This document shows positions 1-10,564 of a DNA stretch of 20,000 nt, piece after piece; the stretch's first letter is position 1, and every line of letters begins with the position of its first letter. The notes beneath the pieces were generated by a model. That model was not told where the DNA came from. It saw nothing but the letters and a program-made list of their open reading frames with translations, and did not search any database. The position numbers and the translations under genes were made by a program. The stretch is from Vezdaea acicularis (taxonomy: Eukaryota): contig JAPEUI010000036.1 in NCBI GenBank assembly GCA_026025075.1, positions 116,276 to 136,275 on the forward strand, given 5' to 3'.

Positions 1-1293
1 CAGAGAAACTTTAGAACGTAAACCTAATGGAAGAAGTAAACTTCTCCGTCCTTTTGGAATGTTTCTATTGGCACTCACGTATAACGTCATTCATTCTACC
101 GCCTTGTTCTATCAGGTGATCACGCTTAATGTCGCGGTGAACTCCTATTCGAATGCTTTGATCACTCTTTTAATGTCGAATCAATTCGTTGAGATAAAGT
201 CAACAGTGTTCAAGAGGTTTGAGAAAGAGAATCTCTTCCAGCTTACCTGTGCAGACGTGGTTGAACGTTTTCAGCTATGGCTGATGCTGGTGATCATTGC
301 TCTAAGGAACTTAGTTGAAGTTGGACTACCTGTTCTCAGCCTTGGTTTTGGCGGAGCCAGTACTAGCGGGGACTCTGCTAACTACGCGGCAAACATGACG
401 GCACCACTAAGGGCTGGCATCCTACCAAAGAGTTTCACTCTCTTTCCCAAATGGACAGGACAGCTGTTTAGCCCGTTCTTCTTAGTCCTAGGGAGCGAGA
501 TGATCATTGATTGGCTGAAGCACTCATATATTACAAAATTTAATAACACCAAACCCGCGATATACGGTCGATTTCTTGACGTCTTAGCTAAGGATTACTA
601 TTCCAACGTAAGTAGTCAATCTTTACTTTTGTAGAACGGATCTTTGATTATCTCTAGGCTTTTGCAGATCAAAATTTGACCCGTCGACTTGGCCTTCCTG
701 TTATTCCACTCTCCTGTCTTTTCATCCGTTCCTCACTTCAAACCTACCACATGTTTTTGGCAAACCACATGCCCTCACCATTGCCTAGCTCGGCAACATC
801 GCTCTCAGAAGCCTCTACTACTTCACCTGCTACCACAGCAGCCCTGGAACACGTGGATGCAATTATTCGGCGGGCGTTGGGCCGTTCCTCATTCGGCGCC
901 GGCGGCGTTTCCTTGACGGGCAGCAGATGGTGGTGGAGCGGAGACGATGTAATCGCTCTAATAACTCTTATTGTGGTCTTCGCCATCCTTTTCTTTGTAC
1001 TACTAGCATTTAAGCTTGTCCTTGGAATGCTACTTTTGAATTTCTCGCAGAGAAGGTATAAAAGCATGAAGGAGCGGGAAAGTGACTGGAGCGGCACAAG
1101 CGCTAAGAGTTCTGGAGGGTGGGGCGTTGTGGAGGTAGATGATGACAAGAAGCGCTGGATCTATCAAGACGATCCTGCTGGTGCCAAGGCGGCAAGGGAG
1201 AGGGACAAAGCAGCTAGGGATCGTGAAAGCCGAAGTGAGGCAGATTTTGGTGGCGTGAGCCGTTACACCATGCATGCAAAGAGGATCTGGTAG
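1..1293 (+). CDS. EMP65: EMP65/TAPT1-family (DUF747) ER membrane protein, 5'-truncated by the window edge; exons <1-607 and 658-1293
   Basis: Frame is open from base 2 (RETLERKPNGRSKLLRPFGMF...). Family motifs LNVAVNSYSNALITLLMSNQFVEIKSTVFKRFEKENLFQLTCADVVERFQL and SEMIIDWLKHSYITKFN. Removing the 50-nt intron 608-657 (GTAAGT...TAG) joins DYYSN|AFADQNLTRRLGLP in frame. Stop TAG ends at 1293. Confidence 0.92.
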
Positions 1294-1523
1294 CAGGAGT
1301 TATATGGCTTTGAATTAGCTAAGCATTCGTAGAAATGTGTTCGAATAGAGTTATGCCGTAACAGCTGCATGTGCGTGACTTAACAATTCTTATATTACAT
1401 GGTTCCCCTAGTCGAAGAGTGTGGTGTAGACTATCTTTGTAGCTGCTGAAGTAGTGAAATAGCGTGCAGTTGGAAACTAAGATTATTGGAATATAAGTTA
1501 CAATAGTGCCCTAAAGCTCATTC

Positions 1524-1629
1524 GGCTGGGTAGTTCAGTGGTAGAATTCTTGCTTTGGGTTATACACGTCTTCGATAGTTCACGTGTTCCGAATGTAAGA
1601 GGTCGGGAGTTCGATCCTCTCCTCAGCCC
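1524..1629 (+). tRNA. tRNA-Pro(UGG): tRNA-Pro (anticodon UGG) with a 34-nt canonical intron at 1560-1593
   Basis: Cloverleaf folded by hand. Acceptor GGCTGGG/CTCAGCC; D-arm GTTC-AGTGGTA-GAAT; anticodon stem CTTGC/GTAAG; anticodon TGG at 1556-1558; intron one base 3' of the anticodon; T-arm GGGAG-TTCGATC-CTCTC; discriminator C1629. Confidence 0.92.
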
Positions 1630-1646
1630 CATCGGGGTACATTACC

Positions 1647-1660
1647 TTTTTGCCTTTTTT
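1647..1660 (+). terminator. RNA polymerase III terminator of the tRNA gene (T5 and T6 runs)
   Basis: TTTTT at 1647-1651 and TTTTTT at 1655-1660, starting 18 nt after the tRNA 3' end. Confidence 0.75.
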
Positions 1661-1762
1661 CTACTTCTTCTATAGAAGTTGCGAGTGCAAAATCCCCCCA
1701 TTATTTTTTCTTCCTACGTCTAAACACTATAGAGAGGAGCTTGGACTCCACCTCACATCGAA

Positions 1763-3014
1763 ATGCAAGGGTTCAGTAAGTGCTCCCCCCAATACTCCAT
1801 CACCATGCTAACTTAGCTTTAGACATGGGACGGTATGCTCTTATTGCAATAATGTCTTCAGTCAAAAGATCCCCTAATATCCCTACAGCTATGTCCCGCC
1901 CGATCTCGAAGGGACTGTCTCCGCCAACAAGCTCGCGGGAAAGTACGTATCTCATATCTTCTATACACCTTCATTCTAAACACTATATAGGAACGCCCTC
2001 GGCGCCCGCGCTCGCAAGTCCTCTCAAGGTATCTTGACCGTGCGCTTCGAAATGCCCTTCCCTATATGGTGTACGACCTGCCCCAAGCCCACTATCATAG
2101 CTCAAGGCGTGCGCTTCAATGCCGAGAAGAAGAAGGTTGGCAACTACTATAGTACGGCAATCTTCAGCTTCCGCATGAAACACAATGTCTGTGGTGGGGC
2201 GATCGAGATCCAGACTGACCCGAAGAACACGGCCTACGTCGTTACCGAAGGTGCGAAAAGGCGGGATACAGGAGAGGATAAAGAGACTGCACTTGGGGAT
2301 GGCGAGATCTTCCTGGAGGGAATGCGGGTTGGGGAGGAGGTCAAAGAGAAAGATCCATTTGAACAGGCGGAGGGGAAGGGTGCGGATAAGGCGGCGGCAA
2401 CGGAGCAGCAGACAAGGGTCAAGGAGCTCAAGAGGTTGCGGGATAGGGATTGGGCGGATCCTTATGAGGCGTCTCGGAGGCTAAGGAAGCCCTTTCGGGA
2501 GCAGAGAAAGATCAGGGAGGCAGATGAGGCGAAGGGAGAGCACTTGGCAACGATTTATGGGCTGGGTGTAGAGATGTTGCCGGAGATCCAGGAGGATGGA
2601 AAGAGGGCAGCATTAGTTGAATTTGGAGAGCCAAGGGCTACCATTGAGGGAGAGGACGCTCTGAGGGAAGTGGCAGGGAAGCCATTGTTTGGTAATGGCA
2701 AGGGGGAGATCAAGGGTACGGAGATGCCTGATGGAAAGAATCGCAAGCGTAAGGAGAAGCCGGAAGACGTTGCAAAAAGGAAACGCGAGGCGCTGCAGAG
2801 AGAGCTCAGGGGTAATACCATGGCTGTAATCGACCCGTTTCTCGGGATTGGAAAGGACTTCAGGTCTAATAATGGACGTATCATTCCGGGAGTAAAGAAG
2901 AAATTAATGAGTTCCATAACAGTCAATGACGAAGTCGAGCTCGAGGAAAACAATGTCGGGGCAAGGCCAGTGGAGCAAACGCTACGGCTGGTGGACTACG
3001 ACTCAGACGGCTGA
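1763..3014 (+). CDS. YJU2B: CWC16/Yju2-family splicing factor, CCDC130/YJU2B (Saf4)-type, 366 aa; exons 1763-1775, 1823-1832, 1889-1942, 1991-3014
   Basis: Three GT-AG introns (1776-1822, 1833-1888, 1943-1990) give [56 protein letters not shown]...GVRFNAEKKKVGNYYSTAIFSFRMKHNVCGGAIEIQTDPKNTAYVVTEGA. This matches the CCDC130 N-terminal Zn-binding domain as I recall it. Spliced length 1101 nt is divisible by 3. Confidence 0.9.
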
Positions 3015-3462
3015 CCGCTATGTGATAGTGGTGACTTACGGGTCTATGACAGGCAAGAAGTCATCCGCATCTCATTAATGCAGTTCATCAAAGGCGTCAT
3101 AACAGCATAGGTTCGGAGTCGCATTGCACGGTATTTGGGAAGGAATTAGTAGCGTACCATAGCGCAATTTCAGAAATTTTTATTGGCTAGATAGATACTC
3201 TTCACAACAGTGCAAAAACTAAGCAAGCTGCATAACTGAGCTCCTCCCCTATACACAAGCAACAATGACAATTTAGGCCAGAACGGGTATCCGCGAGAAA
3301 ACGAGTGGAGAAATGCAAGCTTTCAAAGCGCAAGGGCGAATATACAATAAGGCTGGTGGAACGACTGCTCAACACTGCAAACAATTCGGGCAAATTTCGA
3401 CGAGTGAACATGATAGCCAAAAATGAGAGGCTGTGAAGCGCAGTTGGGTGTGGAGTTGAGCT

Positions 3463-6400
3463 CTAGATGGGCTGTGTTGGGCCATGGCTCGAGTTCGGTG
3501 GTGACATCTCTTGGATCATCCTATCCAAGAACGTGTCAGTAAAGTTCGAGCCGAGCGTGGAAGTCCAACACACTGAACGCTTACCTTCTTGTCTCCGCTT
3601 TTAGGTCTAGATTCTCCTTCTTAGCTAGTTCTAGCTGTTTTTTTACCTGCGCCATCTAGTTTTTGTCAGTGTGAGTCCAATGTGGATCGTACAATCTTCG
3701 ACGAGGTCAGCAGCAAAAGCTGTGCCTAGTCTTCCAGGACAGGGTCTTTGGCTCATCGCATCAGGAACCAAAGGACGTCGCCCCTGGGACCACGCACAGC
3801 CCTTGCCATCAACTTCATCTGCACCGTAAAACAACCCCAAAAAGCTCTGCTCCAAAGAATCAGAAGGAAAGGGCGCCCACAGTGCCTGCACTCCCCACCA
3901 CCGAAGAAGTTTTCAGAACCTCACCTTCCTTCCCCAAAACACCCCCATCCTCTTCCTCATCCTCCGCCCACTTGCTCTTCTCAAGTCCAGTTGCTGGAGC
4001 TTCAGCCTTTGAATTCATAGCCTTTGCCTGCTCAGCTGCTAGCTGGTCCTTCAGGAGTTTGTTATCCTCATGTAGTTGGTCTACTTCGCGCTGCAAGGAC
4101 TCGATTTTGGTAGTAAAGACTTGGTTGAGGTCTTGAATGTCCTTTGTGGAGGATTCCTGGGATTTGGTGGCAGCGCTTTTATGCGCAGCAAGCTCTTCCT
4201 TTAACTTTTCAAGGGCCGATTTGTGTTGCGTAGCCTCTGCTTGCGATTTGCTAAGCTCCGTTGCATGCCCTTCCTTCAGTTCCTGAATATCAGCCTTCAG
4301 CTTGTCTGCTTCAGTAGTGTCAGGCTTCACGTTCTTAGCCGCATCTAGATCAGATTTGAGCTTCGAGATCTCCTCGTCGTGGGATGCCTTTAGATTGTCT
4401 AGTGCGCTTGCATGTTTTTTGGTTTGTTCAGAATATGCGTTGCCCGAGGCTTCATGCTTCTCTTCCAGATCTTTGATTTGGGTTGTGAGCTTGGATACGG
4501 CTTCCTTTTCTTTAGAGAGCTCAGATTTAAGGGCTTCAATTTGATCAGTATAATGCTTCTCGAGAGCCGTAGTGTCTTGCTTTGCTTTGGCCGCGTCAAG
4601 GCTCTTCTGATGGTCTGCCTTGAGAGCCTCGATCTCCGCAGTGTGCTTAGAGCTCAAATCGGCTTCTTTGGCAGCTGTGGCGGTTTCCAAAGCTTTTGAA
4701 TGGTCACTCTTCAATACAGTAATTGCATTTTCATGAGCTGTTTGCAAATCATGTTGAGACGCGTTCGACGCGTCAAGCTTCTGCTGCCAATCTTTAAGGG
4801 CGACTTCATGGTGAGATTGCAGCTCAGAGAGCTGTTTCGACCGAGAATCCTCGTGCTCGGCTTTCAAAGCTGCGATTGCCTCAGCATGTTTCTTTTCGGT
4901 CTCGGCCTTGTCCTTGATGAGAGCGTCATGCTTCTCTTCTAGCTCCTTCAACTTCTCTTTCTGCTTTGATTCAATGGTTTGCTCCAGCGCCTCGAATTCG
5001 GTGGCATGATCATCACTCAAACTTCTCAGCTGATTCCTGTGTCGTTCTTCCAAGGTCGTAATTTCCTTGGCCTTCTCATCCAAGCTTTTAGCGGTCGCGC
5101 TATGATCGGCTTTAACTTTAGACAACTCAGCCGCGTGCTGTTCATCCTTGCCCTTTCCTTCCTCGTCCATCGTATCTAGGGCTTTCTTTATGCTAGCGAG
5201 TTCCGCCTGAGCCTCCTCCAAAGCTTTGCGTTCCGCTGCGGACTGCGTTTGTAGGAGGTTCAACTGCTCTTCGAGACTTGTTCTTGCTTTGGTCGCCTCT
5301 GCTTCTGCTTCACCAAGTCGCTGGGTATGAGCTTCACCCAAGTCTCTTGATGCAGACTCATGGCTACTTTTGAGCTCACTAATAGCTTTTTCATGCTCTT
5401 TGCTTAATTCATTGACCTTCTCGGCTGTTTCTTGGCTGTGCGTTTCATGTAGCTTTCGCAACTCGTTTTGAAGATTCTCAACGACTTGGCCTATGCCTTT
5501 GATTTCATTATCCCTTTTCTGGATCGCCTCCTCGTGTGACAAAGATGCACTTTTTGATGAGCTTTCGGCCTCTGAAAGGGCTGCGCTAAGCTCTGCAATT
5601 TTCTTTTCTGAAGCAGCTGCCGCTTCCTCATGACTAGAAGTATACTTTTTCAAAGAGTCTGATGTCTCTTGATGGGCTGATATTTCATTGTCCCGAGCCT
5701 CCGATATGGCCTGTAGCTGTGACTCATAGGATTCGCGAAGATGGGCTATTTGACTATCATGGGCCGAGCGAATGTTCTGCTCTGCTTCTTTTACAAGCTC
5801 AGATTCCTTTGAAGCGGCATCACCAAGCTCCACAAGCTTCGCCTTAGAGGCTTCGAGCTCTTGCTCCAGTTCTGATGTCTATTTTATATTTGTGAGCACA
5901 AAATTTACCTATAGTGGGATAATTGTTAAAAGGGAGGAGGGGCTCACTCTTGCGTCGCTAGCTTCAGCTCTTCCTTTTAGGCTCTCAATTTCTGCTTCCA
6001 TATCTCGAGCAGTCTCGCCGTTCGTTGTTTCTGTGGCCGCGTGGCCCTCTTTCAGAGTCTGAACCTCAGCTTCCAACTCGTGTACGCGGTCTCGTAAAGC
6101 ACTTGGATCCTTTGACGTTGCCGATACGCCTGTTGTACTGCGTGCGGTCGTCTTCGGTGCCGGAGAGCTTGATATCGCACTCAAGCGCTTCCTGGCATCC
6201 GCAACTGCACCAGTAGCAGCAGTCTTAGTCGAGTTCGCTGCTTCTCGGACTCTAGTTGTAGTAGAGGGGGGGCCTCTCGATACGGCCGTAGCGCTGGTCG
6301 TGGATGGCTTTGAGGGACTGTTATTGTTGCTGAGAGGCTTGCGAACCGTGCTTGTAGAAGGATTAAGACTCGATCGACGATCTGCAGTGGACGCGGGTTT

Positions 6401-6889
6401 AGTCACAGGGGACCTTGCGGTCCCGGACCCCGTTCCAGCCAAAGACATTCTCTTCGCCGTGCCACCCAAAGGTTTTTTATCATTGTCTGTAGAACTTGTG
6501 GATGGATGCGATTTGTGTCCCGATGAAGCCGTTGGCCCCGTAGCAGTACCAGCTGTGCGGCGTATAGTGGAGCCGGGAGGAGGACGGGTAGGGGGCTTCG
6601 TCAACCCGCTGCCCGGTACGGCTCTTGCGGTGGATGCTGGGGTTCCCTTTGGTGCCGAAGTTGTACCAGATCCAGCTACACGTTTTGCTGTAGTTATAGG
6701 CCGCTTGGGAGGTACAGAAGTTTTCTTCGCTGGTGAGGGCGCGGATGTTTCTTCACCCACGCCTTGCGCAGGCTCAGTTCCGTCCGATGCAGGAACTTCT
6801 TCAGAGGGTAACTCTTCTGTCACCTCATCAGCAGTGGGTTCCTCCACTGTCGCTAGGGCAGCTGGAGACTGTTCTTCAACGTCGGCCAT
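3463..6889 (-). CDS. Uncharacterised 1022-aa protein with a basic S/T/P/K/R-rich disordered N-terminus and a long coiled coil; exons 6889-5948, 5878-3881, 3655-3585, 3520-3463
   Basis: ATG at 6889 (MADVEEQ). Intron 5947-5879 (GTGAGC...GCTCAC...TAG) joins ASDAR|TSELEQELEASKAKLVELGD. Introns 3880-3656 (GTGGGC...ACTGAC...TAG) and 3584-3521 (GTAAGC...ACTGAC...TAG) add MAQVKKQLELAKKENLDLKAETRRMIQEMSPPNSSHGPTQPI*. The body is rich in E/K/A/L/H heptads. The last two exons are less certain than the first two. Confidence 0.8.
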
Positions 6890-7683
6890 TTTTCTGAATC
6901 CTAATCTAGTGGTGAGAACAGGGAAGTTGTGCGTGAAGTAGCGATGACAGAAAGTTGTGATAGGGCGTGATCCCAAAGATACAATGAGATTGACGACGTA
7001 ACGAAAGTCGGCAGCTGTCTTTTTAAAGCTGCCAGCAGTGTGGACGACACGTCACAATGGCCCTAAAAATATTGTCATTCGCTTCACGTGAAGAAGCAGC
7101 TTTACGAGACAGCTGAGTATTGAAGGACTTGTAGCTCGTCGCTCCGCAGGTATAGGATACACAATTGATGCAGCAGGGCGAATGGAGATTTCGGGACCAG
7201 GGCGGAGAGCATCAAATTACCCGCGACCCAGATAGAGAGATGGGCGGTAAGGTGCTTTGGATGAGACGGTAGCGGAGAAGCGCGTCCTCTCGCCGATCGC
7301 GAAGGTGTGTGGCGCCCTATCAAGAGAGTGCGTGCAGACCAGGGGGAGGCTTTACATTTACAGACGTTAACCGAAGTATCTTTGCACCCAACTTGGGTGA
7401 GCCAATCCTCGCTACTGTCACTGTGGCACCAGCTATCATGTCAAGCGTGTGCACAGTCTGCATGGCCTGTGCCCAGTGGGGCCGTAAGCGGAAGTCAAAT
7501 CAAACGAGCTCCTCTTCGCAGATCCGATCGAAAGCTTCGGTCTGACCTGAGGGAGACCCTGAGATTGGATTACTAAGATTAAGGGTATATGCAACGAAGA
7601 GCCTCTGCTCAGTGGCAGCCATGGTATCATGTTAAGACAGAAATCCTAAATGCTCTATCATCTCCATCGCGAAGAAAATTGCA

Positions 7684-8504
7684 TCAGACACTCCGTAACC
7701 ACCTGGGCATTCGTGCTCCCCTCCCAGGATGCATCTCCAAGTCCCTTTCGATATCCACCTTAATCTCTCTCGCCTTGGAGACAATGTCATCAAAGCCTCT
7801 AGTCGACAGAGGCTGTCCCTCGCCTCCATAATGAATGAGGATCTGCATGTATCGATTGTCGCCTACCACCAGCGCTTGTCAACCCTTGAGATCTCAGAGT
7901 GCGAAGGATTGGTAGGTCACGGCCACTCACCATCAAACTCCTTTAGGGCCTTGATGAGCGTTCGAGTTTCGACGTCTTGCCAATCTCTGGGTCTTGCTTC
8001 CTCCCGATGAGCAACCTTGAAGAGGCTGAGTCGTTCAAAGGGCTCGCCGCATTGATCGACCTCGTATGTAGCTTCTTCAAGCTGTTGTGCATTCCCTAGT
8101 ACTTCCCGTTGGCGATTGATCTGAGAGTTGACAAGCGCAGCGCGTTCTTTCCTCCTGCGCAGATTGTCCTTTGCCTCTGCTTCTCTCTGTGAGGCTAGCT
8201 TGCGTGCGAGCTTCTTCTTAGCGTTCGCAACCTCCTCTACACTATCTTCAGGGCCCAATTCTGCATCTTGATGTTTTGATTTCTTATTAGTCCCGGCTGA
8301 TTTACCGCCCTTCTTTCTCTTGATCGCCTGTGTATCGACGCCATTTAACGTCCCTGACTTCGAAGAGCTGTTCAGTAAACGTGCAATTTCTTCGGGGTCC
8401 TCGGCGTCATCATGTCGCTTCCCCATCGAGGAAGTTATCTCCATTTGCAGTTGCTCATTTGCGGCACCGTCCGACTCATCTGGGGCTCTATCCTTTCCAT
8501 GCAT
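7684..8504 (-). CDS. Hypothetical ~250-aa nuclear protein with a C-terminal degenerate Myb/SANT (TRF/Tbf1-like) domain; exons 8504-7931 and 7862-7684; 5' end uncertain
   Basis: Intron 7930-7863 (GTGAGT...TTGAC...TAG) joins two ORFs in frame: RDWQDVETRTLIKALKEFDG|DNRYMQILIHYGGEGQPLSTRGFDDIVSKAREIK. NLS-like KRKKGGK...KKSK and a coiled-coil segment lie upstream. Confidence 0.65.
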
Positions 8505-9078
8505 TGAACCTGCATGTAGAATACGTCAATTGAGTAGATTACCACGAATAAAAAAGAGCAATTCACCTTGACCTCTAACGCTGAACGTATGAAATATCCC
8601 TCTGATGTCAGCTGTGGCCAGAAGCCAGAGCTCTGGCCCTTTCGAAAGCACTTATTTAGTTGCTTCACGTTACGAGCATGGTATTCATAGTTGAGGTCGG
8701 GAAGCGCAATGCGGAACGCGAAGCGAAGGCGGCAGCACGTGTGTATCATGGCCTCAAGAATAATGTAATACAAACTGATATAAGGCTTATTGCGATTTCA
8801 GGATGTATGTATGCTTTCTAGAGCTTTTGGACGGTAATTTAACGCGCTCATGATTGGTGTCCGTTGCCCAAACCACAGAAACTCAGCGAGCTCCCCGAAG
8901 ACCAACTGACCATTGGACAAGACACAAAACAATCGCTTGGGCAGAGCCCGAGGACCTTTCCCTTGATCACTTGTTTCGTGTGTTAGATTTAGACTATACG
9001 CAACCTGTTCACTTTGAGCACTATGTAAAGTCTGTAGATCTATCACGTCGTCAAAATATCAGTGTGCTTTAAATCACC

Positions 9079-10564
9079 ATGGCTACTGCTAAACCTACCG
9101 ACAAGGAGCATGGTCATAACAACCAAATTGATGGGAAAGAAACGCCAGATAAATCCTCGGTGCTTAGAATCAGGCGGCTCTCTATTCTTACCCAAGAGGA
9201 GGCGAGCGAACACGTCTTCACTGTGCCAGTGAAAAGGATACATGACGGTCACGATGTTACACGTTTCTTGTCTTCTAAAGCCTACAGGAGCATCATGACT
9301 TTCTTATATCAACTAAATACAGCTATGTATCCAAGGACCTCTGTTTCTGATCCGAATGATCCTGATTCGATACAGACCTGGGAACTGGACTCACCATCGA
9401 TCCAAACCTCGAATTCTGTCAAGAAGCTTCAAGACTTATTCCGCAAGCTTGAAGAGATTATTGATGAAGCTCCGCCAGACCCGGGACCACAGCGATTTGG
9501 TAATGTGAGCTTTCGGACATGGTATAAGCTGGTCGAAGAGAGGCTGCCGGTTCTTTTAAAAGAGTATCTACCTGCCGAGATCCTAGCCAATGACCGTGGC
9601 ACGAAGGCGGATAGTTGTGATGCAAAGGACGAGTTACTAGTGTACCTACTTGGGAGTTTTGGAAGTGCACAAAGACTAGACTATGGGACAGGCCATGAGC
9701 TTAGCTTCCTCGCTTTTCTAGGTTGCATCTGGCTGCTAAGGGGCTTCACTGGACCAGATTCTGAATCAATAGAGCGAAGTATAGTAATTGGACTTATTCA
9801 ACCGTACGTTCCCCTTACTCCTGGTGGCTCAATACTCTTGTGCTGAATGACGTTCAAATCTATCAGCTATCTTCAACTGGTACGTCACTTGATTAAAATC
9901 TATAATTTAGAGCCGGCAGGTTCGCATGGCGTTTGGGGCTTAGATGACCACTCATTTCTTCCTTATATCTTTGGATCAGCACAATACTCTCCGGTGCTAG
10001 CCTCATTAGACAAAATTCCGATGGAAGGCTCTCGTCTTGGAGCCCCAGCCCCTGGAGACGTGGTCAAACCGGCAGTAGTTGCTGCCCAGCGGTCCCGTAA
10101 CATGTACTTTTCTGCAATTGGCTTCATACAGGATGTAAAGAAAGGGCCATTCTGGGAACATAGCCCTATTCTCTATGATATATCTGGCGTCCGAGCGGGT
10201 TGGGCGAAAATAAATAAGGTATGTGTGGCGAGGTTGAATCTTGAATTTTTCCTTGCTCGGCTTACGGTGGCAGGGAATGATCAAAATGTACAGTGCAGAA
10301 GTTCTCTCAAAGTTTCCAGTTGTTCAGCACTTTCCCTTTGGGTCGCTCTTTAGCTGGGAACTGGATCCGGAAGCTGTAACTACATCTCAATCAGTACATA
10401 CATCTAGCCATCCTACTCTGGCTGGATCCGCTACAAATCAGGTCAGTGCTGCAGCACTTCGGGGGGCACCTCAGGCAACCGCGAGAACATCGCCAAGTGG
10501 TTCGACCGGCGTGCAAGGTTTAGCTTTCCAAAGTCGCACGCCTGCACCTTGGGCTACAAAATAA
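9079..10564 (+). CDS. RRD1: Serine/threonine-protein phosphatase 2A activator (PTPA, Rrd1-type), 455 aa; exons 9079-9803, 9867-10218, 10274-10564
   Basis: PTPA motifs [106 protein letters not shown]. Introns 9804-9866 and 10219-10273 restore the frame. Confidence 0.93.

Noticed and set aside
1629..1631. Genome-encoded CCA on the tRNA
   Set aside because: C1629 is the discriminator base, and only CA follows it.
6300..6941. 213-aa plus-strand ORF and other antisense ORFs (744-1148, 12370-12846, 15599-16255)
   Set aside because: They lie opposite well-supported genes and have no recognisable motifs.
8435..9072. Short ORFs between the Myb-like gene and RRD1
   Set aside because: No recognisable motifs and no in-frame splice path to a good start codon. 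Most likely a divergent promoter or UTR.
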